Source: Candidatus Nanohaloarchaea archaeon (lineage in GTDB: Archaea; Nanohalarchaeota; Nanosalinia; Nanosalinales; Nanosalinaceae). From it: a stretch of 15,108 bases of DNA. The stretch is from contig JAWOFP010000019.1 of assembly GCA_046497485.1 (NCBI GenBank), positions 1-15,108 of the forward strand. The letters are read 5' to 3'. The position numbers were made by a program, and so were the translations under genes. Numbering within the stretch: position 1 is the first letter of the stretch; each line of letters begins with the position of its first letter. Positions 7,240-15,047 of this stretch are shown here, one piece after another. The notes beneath the pieces were generated by a model. It had not been told where the DNA came from. It worked only from the letters and a program-made list of their open reading frames with translations, and ran no database searches.

Positions 7240-7815
7240 GTGAGCCCTAGAAACAGGCCTGAGGAAAACGGCTGGATTGAAGTCATAACAGGATGTATGT
7301 TCTCAGGTAAAACATCGGAGCTTCTTGAAAGAGTTAAGAGAGCCGAACTATCGGGTCATGATGTTAAACTATACAAGCCGGCTGTAGATGACCGTTATGG
7401 AGAAACTGAGATAGGAAGCCATAATGGAGAGACAAGGAAAGCTGAGGTGGTTGAGGATGTCTCGGAAATCAGGCCAGAAGCATATGTAATTGGAATAGAT
7501 GAAGCCAATTTTTTCGATAACGAACTTGCAGGTAAAGCCGAAGAATTAGCTGATGAAGGTCATAGAGTGATTATTTCAGGCCTGGACTCAACTTTTAGAG
7601 CTGAGCCTTTCGAACCTGTACCAGAACTAATGTCGAAGGCAGAATTCATCGATAAACTGAACGCAGTCTGTGTTAAATGCGGCAGCACAGCAAATAGAAC
7701 TCAGAGAATAGTTGATGGCAAACCAGCTCATGTAGACGATCCTACTGTTGTGGTTGGGGCTGACGAAAAATATGAGGCTCGCTGTCGTTCATGTTTTGAA
7801 ATTAGAACTGATTAA
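7240..7815 (+). CDS. tdk: thymidine kinase (type II)
   Basis: P-loop 'GCMFSGKTSEL', 'IDEANFF', 'SGLDSTFRAEPF', Zn sites 'CVKCG' and 'YEARCRSC'. Confidence 0.96.
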   Translation: MSPRNRPEENGWIEVITGCMFSGKTSELLERVKRAELSGHDVKLYKPAVDDRYGETEIGSHNGETRKAEVVEDVSEIRPEAYVIGIDEANFFDNELAGKAEELADEGHRVIISGLDSTFRAEPFEPVPELMSKAEFIDKLNAVCVKCGSTANRTQRIVDGKPAHVDDPTVVVGADEKYEARCRSCFEIRTD

Positions 7816-9070
7816 TTCTATCTAAAGTCTTATCTAAGGCTTTACTCGCTTCTTTCTCACTTTCGGCTTCTGCAATAACTCTTACTTTTGGAGAGCTGCC
7901 GGAAGGCCTTACAAGCACTTCCGCATCTTCTTCCTGGAACTTTACTCCATCAAGATCAGAAATAACTTCTACTTCTTCTTTCAAGTCCTCAATAACTTTC
8001 TCTTTGTCTTTTACTTCAATACTTTCTCTCTCAACATGATAATCTGGAATTCTATCAAGTCTTTCAGCTAGATTCAGTTTTGAAAGAATTAGAGCTGCCA
8101 AGATCCCTGAGTTGTAAGGAATAAAGTCTGTGAAAGAATAATGTCCATTTGGTTCCCCCGCAAGCTCCGCATCTATTTCAAGAGCTCTATCCATGACAAA
8201 AGGGTCTCCTACACGCGTATAATCGATTTCCCCAAACTCTTCCAAGGCCTTACTTGTATCTATTGAAGCAACTATTTTACCCTCTACTAGTTGGGCTAGA
8301 ATGCCGAAGATTTCATCACCTGTCAAAAACTTATCTTGATGATAAACTGTGATCCGGTCAGAGTCGAGATCAAATGCCAGGCCTAAATCAGCATCTTCTT
8401 TCTCTACTTTCTCCTTCAGAGGCTCCAAATTCTCAGGTTTAGGGTGGGGAGGGTCAATGTAAGGCCTTTCTTTGTCTGATATATCGATCACTTCATGGTT
8501 TTGAGATTCCAGCAACTCTGGCAGTATCCGTGCCTCTCCACCCATTGATTCAAATACGATCTTCTTTCCAGAGGCCTCGCCAAATTTTGAAGCAAACTCC
8601 AGTATTTCTTTCTTGTATTCTTCAATTAGATTATTCTGAGTTACTTCGCCAGACTGTGAAGTAAAGTTATTCTTTCTGAATAAATCTTGAACAGTGTAGA
8701 GATCCTCATTGACAAATCCATTGCCTTGTGGATACATGAACTTGAAACCATTGAAGTTCAGAGGCATGTGGGAAGAGGTTACCTGGACTGAAATGCTATT
8801 TTCTTTTTTTCCGCACCAGGCCGCATAGTCTGTCGGCCCAACACCTACATCAACTACATCGGTTCCAACAGAATTCAGGCCTTCAATTAAAGCAGTTTTT
8901 AGAGGCTCAGAAGACTCCTTATTATCTCTACAAACTACAATTTTTCCAGAATAATTTCTGGCGCTGAAAGTTCCTAAGGCCTTTCCAAGTCTTTCCGCAA
9001 ACTCTTCATCGATCTCTTCGGGATACTCTCCCCTGATATCGTATCTTTTGAATACTTTTTCAGGCCTCAA
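7802..9070 (-). CDS. phosphomannomutase/phosphoglucomutase (alpha-D-phosphohexomutase family)
   Basis: N-terminal 'FKRYDIRG', phosphoserine loop 'TSSHMP..NGFK', metal loop 'FDLDSDR', 'GEPNGH', 'VRPSGSSPKVRV'. Confidence 0.93.
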   Translation of the reverse strand: MRPEKVFKRYDIRGEYPEEIDEEFAERLGKALGTFSARNYSGKIVVCRDNKESSEPLKTALIEGLNSVGTDVVDVGVGPTDYAAWCGKKENSISVQVTSSHMPLNFNGFKFMYPQGNGFVNEDLYTVQDLFRKNNFTSQSGEVTQNNLIEEYKKEILEFASKFGEASGKKIVFESMGGEARILPELLESQNHEVIDISDKERPYIDPPHPKPENLEPLKEKVEKEDADLGLAFDLDSDRITVYHQDKFLTGDEIFGILAQLVEGKIVASIDTSKALEEFGEIDYTRVGDPFVMDRALEIDAELAGEPNGHYSFTDFIPYNSGILAALILSKLNLAERLDRIPDYHVERESIEVKDKEKVIEDLKEEVEVISDLDGVKFQEEDAEVLVRPSGSSPKVRVIAEAESEKEASKALDKTLDRINQF

Positions 9071-9554
9071 AATCCTTCACCTTTTCCAATATTTTTTCCA
9101 GGCCTTCTTCAGGCCTCTCAATATGAACTGAAGGAATACTTACTCTTTCAATTTCCTCTTTACTGTCGTCTACAAGCAAATCAATATCTACAGAATCCTT
9201 GGACTCTTCCTGAACCACAAATACTTCCTCAACTTTTTCGGATATCCCTGAGGCCTCCACCTTTGATCTCTGGAACTTTTCATGGCCTCGAGTAACTATA
9301 ACCAGTTCATGGTCTAATTTATCAAGTAAATCCATGTCATTGTAGAGGAACCGGCTTAAATCCTGCTCAAATACTTTCCAGATTCTCTCTTTCGGAATCC
9401 CACATAAATCTGCATGCATCTCTGGGTCGTACACTCCATACTCTATCGGCGCAGGATCCTCAACATGGTGAAGTCCTTCAACATGATTCTTGTAGTAGTC
9501 ATCGAAGCTATCCGTGTCAAAAAGCACTCTATCGAAATCTAGACCTATCCTCAC
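9060..9554 (-). CDS. HAD superfamily hydrolase (phosphatase-like)
   Basis: Motif I 'LDFDRVLFD', motif II 'VTRG', motif IV 'LVDDS'. The GTG start overlaps the upstream TGA (GTGA at 9551-9554). Confidence 0.82.
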   Translation of the reverse strand: MRIGLDFDRVLFDTDSFDDYYKNHVEGLHHVEDPAPIEYGVYDPEMHADLCGIPKERIWKVFEQDLSRFLYNDMDLLDKLDHELVIVTRGHEKFQRSKVEASGISEKVEEVFVVQEESKDSVDIDLLVDDSKEEIERVSIPSVHIERPEEGLEKILEKVKDFEA

Positions 9555-10804
9555 TTCTTTCTCACCTGATTTTGTTCAACATAGACTGTCTCTCCGCTCT
9601 CTATATTGTCTTTAACAACTATTCCGGGCCCAATCTTTGCGTCAGAGCCGATCTGAACTCCAGGCATTATGGAGACATTTACCCCGATATCTACATTGTC
9701 GCCTATTACTGCTCCCAGAAAACTTCTTCCAGAGTTCTTACTGTAATCTTTCCCAATTAATTCTGATTTAATTTCAGGCCTCTGCCCATTTTTTCTGAAT
9801 CCTCTGTTAGCTATAACTGTTTCAGCGCCGATATGAGTGTCTCTGCCGATTATAGAGTCGCCTATAAATCCTGAGTGTATGCTGGACTCTGGCTGCATCA
9901 CAGAATTCTTAATCTCAGTATTTGCACCGGCTGTAGAACCTTTTTCAAGCGATACATGATCTCTAACCAAGGCATTATTTCCTACTACCGTATTTTCCCC
10001 AATATAGGCCGGGCCTTTAATGACGGCGTTTTCAAATATTTTAGCGCCCTCCTCTACTATTACATTTCCTTTAATTTCTGCTGAGTCTGCTATTGAGACC
10101 TTTTCGGAAATAGTCTGCCCTCTTTTTTCCATAAGTTCCTCAACTACTGAGAATAGATCCCAAGGATATTTTATCGAATTGGTCTCTTCTTCTATCTCAA
10201 GTATTGAGGCAGGACTTTCTTCCATTTGCTTAGATAGAGCGTCCTCAAACTGATACTCCCATTCCTCAACTTCATCAAGATAATCAAAGAAAGACTCGTT
10301 CAGTAAATACATGCCTACAACTTTCTTGTTACTTGGAGCCTCGCTAGGATCCGGCTTTTCAATCATATCGACTGCTTTACCATCTTCAATATCAAGTATT
10401 CCATATTTTTCAGGCTCATCTGTCGGTGTAGAGACAAAAACTATCTCAGAGTCTTCCTTATCAGCTTTTTCAATCATAGGCCTGAAAAACTTCGAGGCAT
10501 TAGCTCGGTAAGGGGTAAGAACTAGAAAATCTCCGTCTAATAAATGCTCCGCTTGGCGCAAAGCATTACCCATTCCATCCGGTTTTTCTTGAACTACATA
10601 ATGGTCAGCGGAATCTATTTCGTTCTCAATCTGCCTGTCTGGTCCTTGGACAATAATAATTTCTTCAACGCCTGCTTCTCGCAGTTCTTCTATAGTATAC
10701 TCTATAATGGGCTTTCCTAGAATGTCTGTCAGGCCTTTATGCCGGTTCTCGCTTATTGGCTTGAATCTGCTGGATTCTCCGGCTGCCAGAATTACTGCTT
10801 TCAT
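9551..10804 (-). CDS. bifunctional sugar-1-phosphate nucleotidyltransferase/acetyltransferase (archaeal GlmU-like)
   Basis: 'MKAVILAAGESSRFKP...HKGL...GKPII', 'YGIL...EKP', left-handed beta-helix hexapeptides with 'HSGFIGDSIIG...GAETVIAN' and 'GAVIGDNVDIGVN'. Start moved from GTG 10813 to ATG 10804 because AGGTGG (10810-10815) is a well-placed SD. Confidence 0.88.
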   Translation of the reverse strand: MKAVILAAGESSRFKPISENRHKGLTDILGKPIIEYTIEELREAGVEEIIIVQGPDRQIENEIDSADHYVVQEKPDGMGNALRQAEHLLDGDFLVLTPYRANASKFFRPMIEKADKEDSEIVFVSTPTDEPEKYGILDIEDGKAVDMIEKPDPSEAPSNKKVVGMYLLNESFFDYLDEVEEWEYQFEDALSKQMEESPASILEIEEETNSIKYPWDLFSVVEELMEKRGQTISEKVSIADSAEIKGNVIVEEGAKIFENAVIKGPAYIGENTVVGNNALVRDHVSLEKGSTAGANTEIKNSVMQPESSIHSGFIGDSIIGRDTHIGAETVIANRGFRKNGQRPEIKSELIGKDYSKNSGRSFLGAVIGDNVDIGVNVSIMPGVQIGSDAKIGPGIVVKDNIESGETVYVEQNQVRKK

Positions 10805-10813
10805 TTTTTCCAC

Positions 10814-11899
10814 CTACTTGCTTATCTCGCTTAAATCGGTTCTCGCATCTGGTACAAACTTGACTCCTCTGATAGAGTTATTCATGTCGATGTAGCTTCG
10901 AGGACCGATAAATGACTCTTTGATGACTGAGCCGGACTTAACATCGCATTCTTCTCCAAATACTGCATTTTCAAGGTCTACAAAACTATCGATTATATTT
11001 TCCTCAAATAGAAGCGAGTCCTGGATATGACAGTTCTCTAACTGTGAGTCCGGGCCTACAGTCGAGTTCTCAATGACAGTGTTAGGCCCTACTACTGTAT
11101 CCTGGCATACAACGGTTTCTCCCTTGATTACAGAGCCTTTTTCAATTTTCACATCTTCTTGAATTTTCACATTTTCTCCTACTAAGGCCTTATCAGAGAT
11201 CTCTGCGTCCTCGCTTATATCTGGTTCTAACTCATTTTCTCTAAGTACTTGGTCGGCTTTCCATAGTTTCTTCGGGGATCCAATATCAATCCAGTAGTCT
11301 TCAATTAGTTTGAATCTGCAGTCTAGAGTTTCAATATTCTCATTAATTACGCGGGTCAGGCTTGACTTATCTGAGTCTTCTAGAAGATCGAATATTTCAG
11401 GTTTCAAAATATAGATCCCTGAATTTATCAGGCTATTGTCTGGGTCCTCAGGTTTTTCCTCTATGCTTACGATTTCATCGTTTTGAATGCTTAGGACTCC
11501 AAACTTCTCTGCCTTTTTATCATCGGTAGCAAGCATTGATAGATCTCCTTCATGGCTGTCAATTAGTTTGCCGATATCGTTTTCGGAGATAACTACATCG
11601 CTGTTTACAACTATGAAGTCTTCTTCGATGAAATCAACTGTTTTCAAGGCTTCTGCTGTCCCTGAAAGCTCCTCCTGCAGGACTATATTTACATCGTTTC
11701 TCTCCTCAAATAATTCTCTGAACATTTCCTCTCTATAGTTTACAATTACATATACTTCCGTTACTCCCTGAATCTTGAGTTTATCGATAGTCTGAGAAAT
11801 CAAGGGTTCTCCTTTCACCGGCATTAATGCGGTGGGCTTTGAATCAGAGAAAGGGAACAGAGATTCTTTTTTCTTGGCAGCAGGTATTACAGCCTTCAT
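10814..11899 (-). CDS. NDP-sugar pyrophosphorylase-like protein with LbH domain and degenerate nucleotide-binding loop
   Basis: 'MKAVIPAAKKKESLFP...KPTALMPV', 'GTAEAL', 'VVNSDV', 'FGVL...EEKP', 'INSGIY', 'YWIDIG', and hexapeptide repeats. The GxGxR/K signature is absent. Confidence 0.85.
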   Translation of the reverse strand: MKAVIPAAKKKESLFPFSDSKPTALMPVKGEPLISQTIDKLKIQGVTEVYVIVNYREEMFRELFEERNDVNIVLQEELSGTAEALKTVDFIEEDFIVVNSDVVISENDIGKLIDSHEGDLSMLATDDKKAEKFGVLSIQNDEIVSIEEKPEDPDNSLINSGIYILKPEIFDLLEDSDKSSLTRVINENIETLDCRFKLIEDYWIDIGSPKKLWKADQVLRENELEPDISEDAEISDKALVGENVKIQEDVKIEKGSVIKGETVVCQDTVVGPNTVIENSTVGPDSQLENCHIQDSLLFEENIIDSFVDLENAVFGEECDVKSGSVIKESFIGPRSYIDMNNSIRGVKFVPDARTDLSEISK

Positions 11900-13140
11900 A
11901 CATTACTTTTGGAGGCCTCAGATTCAAATACATTGTCCAGTACAAGCTCATCTACACGAGAGTTAGCCTTTTCGACTTCTTCAAACACGTCTCTGTTCTC
12001 GTTTGTCGCCATAATATCAAAGATTAGATTCATGTACTGATCAATATTTTCTTCCGACATGGAATTGTTTTCAAGGCCTGCAGCACACCTCACGGATGAT
12101 TCAAGCACTCTATAAAGCTGATCGTGAATAAGGTTAGGTGTCTCGATTTCTTCTCCTGTCTCCAGGTCGTAGAGGTTTTTCGAGAGCATATCTCCGAATA
12201 AGTCTCTCTCACCTTTTATCACAAAGAACCTGCATTCTTCGTCTAGGAGGCCTGATTCGTTTGAAATCTTGAAGTCGGAGCCTATCGGGTTGTGGTCTGT
12301 TATCTCTTTCATTTCCTCTGCTACTGCTCGAGCTCTAGGACTTACTCCGAGCCAGCTGCTGTTCAAAGCGATGTCCGCGTCTCCCGAAATTTCAGCTCGA
12401 CAAGTTCCTGTAGCGGTTAACTCATCTATTTTACTGGTCTTTCCGCCTCTAATAGTCATCAAACTTCCGCCATCTTTCTTGTTCGGCATATAAAGGCCTT
12501 TTTCTACATTTTCGATTTCCTCGGGCTCTACAAAATCCATTACAAAGCCTTCATGCGACATTTTGTCCAGGACTGAGCCGCCTTTTACCCCTGCACGGTC
12601 TATAGGGTTCAAAAGTTTTTCTATGCCTATAGTGCTTTCTCTAAATACTTCTATAGAATCAATATTTTTTCCTTCAAGGATCTGTAAGGCCTTCTTAACT
12701 ACTGGCGACTCCCTTTCTATAAAATCAACTGTAAATCTAACGTCGTTGTCCAGCATCAATTTTTTCTCTTTGATATGTTCTTCGCGGGTCATTGAAGGAG
12801 GTTTTTCGGCTAAATGGAAGAAATTATTTCTCAGTGAGCGGTAGATGTGATCTGCATGAGTCTGAGCAGGCCCAGCATCATAAATCAGTATTTTACAGTC
12901 TTCGCTATCCTCATCTATAGCCCTCTGATAGGCGTCTTCTATACTTCTCCATGAATCTATATCTAGGCCTTGAGCTGACGCAAACTTTTCAGCGTCCTCT
13001 AGTTTCTCAAAGTCTTTATCGCATACACCAATTAGCTCTACATTTACTTCTTCAAGATGGTTGTCCATTTCTACAAACTTCTCGAATCCGTACCTTCCGA
13101 AGCTTCCGAGGCCTATGTGAAATACTTTTACTGTTTCCAC
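11896..13140 (-). CDS. Gfo/Idh/MocA-like NAD(P)-dependent oxidoreductase
   Basis: Rossmann 'IGLGSFG', 'LAEKPP' motif and 'GGSVLDKMSH' (GGxxxDxxxH). The stop overlaps the next start (ATGA at 11896-11899). Confidence 0.78.
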   Translation of the reverse strand: METVKVFHIGLGSFGRYGFEKFVEMDNHLEEVNVELIGVCDKDFEKLEDAEKFASAQGLDIDSWRSIEDAYQRAIDEDSEDCKILIYDAGPAQTHADHIYRSLRNNFFHLAEKPPSMTREEHIKEKKLMLDNDVRFTVDFIERESPVVKKALQILEGKNIDSIEVFRESTIGIEKLLNPIDRAGVKGGSVLDKMSHEGFVMDFVEPEEIENVEKGLYMPNKKDGGSLMTIRGGKTSKIDELTATGTCRAEISGDADIALNSSWLGVSPRARAVAEEMKEITDHNPIGSDFKISNESGLLDEECRFFVIKGERDLFGDMLSKNLYDLETGEEIETPNLIHDQLYRVLESSVRCAAGLENNSMSEENIDQYMNLIFDIMATNENRDVFEEVEKANSRVDELVLDNVFESEASKSNV

Positions 13141-13210
13141 ATTCTGTTATTGGAAAGTCCTAATCAAAAAACCCTCAGTCTTAAATTGTTTTTGTTACTA
13201 AATAGTTAAT

Positions 13211-13681
13211 ATGGCTGGCGTAGACAAAGCATGGGTATATGATAGATTGACGAGAGAAGGAATGCTTCCCTCGGGCGTTGAAGAAGCAGAAAGAATGCTG
13301 GATGCCGAGCCAGATAATGATTATGATGGTGTATTACAGAGAGCTCATGAATTATTTAGGATAGATAGAAATGCAGAGAGCTCTGGTGCTGCAGAATTTA
13401 TCGCTGAAACAAGTTATTTATTAAGAGAAGCCGGAAGCCGGGCTGCAGAATCAGATACTTATGAGGCAGAACAGTGGAGAGAAGAAATCAATGAATATAT
13501 TCGCGATTACTTTGATTCGGGAGATATTATGGATGTACAGTATCCTCCGAGAGATGAAGAGTTTATTGATGAGACTGAGAGTCTTATGACTCGTTTGAAA
13601 AACAGCCACTTTATGGATGATGGAACTGAGGAAAGAACTCTCGAGTATCTCAAACAGAACTTCTTGGAGAATGGAATATAA
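13211..13681 (+). CDS. acidic hypothetical protein
   Basis: 156-aa ORF with TATA-like TTAAAT at 13181-13186, 30 nt upstream. No motif recognised. Confidence 0.7.
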   Translation: MAGVDKAWVYDRLTREGMLPSGVEEAERMLDAEPDNDYDGVLQRAHELFRIDRNAESSGAAEFIAETSYLLREAGSRAAESDTYEAEQWREEINEYIRDYFDSGDIMDVQYPPRDEEFIDETESLMTRLKNSHFMDDGTEERTLEYLKQNFLENGI

Positions 13682-13737
13682 CAAACCCTATTTAAAATTT
13701 AGTTGAATCATCATAGTTACGAGGTAATAATTTAGCA

Positions 13738-14256
13738 ATGGGAGATAGGCCAGCAAGCATTTACAGAGAGAAGCCGAATCAGCCTTACACACGGCAGTCT
13801 CAGAAGAAGAGCGATAACTTCATTAAGGGGGCGCCGGCTTCAAGAGTAACACAGTACCGCATGGGAGCAGACGATAAAGAATTCGATACAGCTGTCAAGC
13901 TAGTAGTCGAAACAGGATGCGGAATCAGAAGCGAAGCACTAGAATCTGGCCGAATCGCAGCAAATTCATACTTAAACAAAGAGCTTGATCCTGAAGAAGA
14001 ATACTTCTTAGAGATCAGACCTTACCCGCACCATGTTCTTCGTTACCACCCATTAGCTGGTATTGCACAGGCAGACCGTTACTATGAGGGAATGCGTAAG
14101 CCTTTCGGAAGACCTATAGGAAGAGCGGCGCTCGTCGACGACTATCAGACAATTTACAGGATAGAAGTCGATGAAGGAGATGTTCCAGAAGCCAGAAAAG
14201 CATTGGAACGAGCTACTCACAAGATGCCTGTCTCATGCAGAGTCAAGATGGAGTAA
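13738..14256 (+). CDS. rpl10e: 50S ribosomal protein uL16 (archaeal L10e)
   Basis: 'RPASIYR', 'YTR', 'IRSEALESGRIAAN', 'IRPYPHHVLR', 'ADRYYEGMRKPFGRPIGRAA', 'ALERATHKMP'. SD-like GAGGT at 13721-13725. Confidence 0.97.
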   Translation: MGDRPASIYREKPNQPYTRQSQKKSDNFIKGAPASRVTQYRMGADDKEFDTAVKLVVETGCGIRSEALESGRIAANSYLNKELDPEEEYFLEIRPYPHHVLRYHPLAGIAQADRYYEGMRKPFGRPIGRAALVDDYQTIYRIEVDEGDVPEARKALERATHKMPVSCRVKME

Positions 14257-14272
14257 GACTCGGTTTTTTATT

Positions 14273-14554
14273 CTAATCTCGGTCGTTCCGTCGACGTCTG
14301 ATATCTTTTGCTACTTCTTCATGTTCGTCAGCCCAGTCACTTCTTAGTTGATGTAATTTAAAAGACGCTGTTAGACTTCCTATGCCTAGCAATACCGAGA
14401 ACCCTCGAATTATTGAAGCATACTGAAATTCTTCTAGAAGTGTGCCTGTTAAACCAATATAAATTGCAGTTCCTCCTAAAGCAAAGGTTCCTGCAGTAAT
14501 CTTGTAAAGCGCTGAACCTTCCAAATATGTTGATAAATAATCTATTATTGCCAT
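14273..14554 (-). CDS. small hypothetical membrane protein (2 TM)
   Basis: 93 aa with two hydrophobic segments and a charged C-terminal tail, 14 nt downstream of the bPH-like gene. Confidence 0.6.
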   Translation of the reverse strand: MAIIDYLSTYLEGSALYKITAGTFALGGTAIYIGLTGTLLEEFQYASIIRGFSVLLGIGSLTASFKLHQLRSDWADEHEEVAKDIRRRRNDRD

Positions 14555-14568
14555 AACTGCTAATTAGT

Positions 14569-14964
14569 TTAGGTCCTTTTTGAAACTTCTTTTTCCAAGT
14601 TCTTAGGATTTTTTAGGTAATTTAATCTCATGTCTATGCCGCTGGTTCCCGCAGTTTTTATCTGCAAATACCCTGATTCAAAGTATCGGTCTACCATACT
14701 GACTCCGGTTGAAGTATGTGTTATATTTTCGTACGGGATTATACGATTCCGGATAATGCCAAATTTGAACTCCTTAATTACTCGTCGATCTGTCAAGTAG
14801 TAGCTAGTTCCTCTAACGTGAATTTCAAGTCCTAGAAGAATTAACAAGCCTATAACTGCAGGAGCAGTCAACACTCCTATTACGTAATATGCAAAAAGGC
14901 CTGACCGGCGTGCTGGAGAATACTGCGAAACTATAGATTCTCCATCCTGTAACGTAGTATACAT
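14569..14964 (-). CDS. membrane-anchored bacterial PH-domain (bPH_2/YdbS-like) protein
   Basis: TM segment followed by 'YYLTDRRVIKEFKFGII...IPYENI......SMVDRYFESGYLQIKTAG', the typical bPH_2 pattern. Confidence 0.75.
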   Translation of the reverse strand: MYTTLQDGESIVSQYSPARRSGLFAYYVIGVLTAPAVIGLLILLGLEIHVRGTSYYLTDRRVIKEFKFGIIRNRIIPYENITHTSTGVSMVDRYFESGYLQIKTAGTSGIDMRLNYLKNPKNLEKEVSKRT

Positions 14965-15047
14965 ATTATTGAGTTGATTTAGATCGTACTTAAAACATGC
15001 GGGGTTTTGAAAAATTCTTTTATTCTACAATTTTCAATAATTAACTT

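Noticed and set aside
10805..10813. GTG start (MEK extension) given by the ORF track for the GlmU-like gene
   Set aside because: The GTG is part of the SD-like AGGTGG. ATG 10804 gives the family-typical MKAVILAAG N-terminus, matching the paralog's MKAVI.
394..13684. Antisense or alternative-frame ORFs in the track (394-747, 1178-1396, 2070-2261, 2992-3240, 5779-6033, 9572-9760, 9875-10084, 10020-10253, 10311-10511, 10707-10895, 11487-11738, 11827-12027, 12269-12493, 12563-12844, 12951-13163, 13451-13684)
   Set aside because: They overlap better-supported genes on the opposite strand. Many have the Ser/Phe/Ile-rich composition expected for the antisense of an acidic proteome, and none has recognisable motifs.
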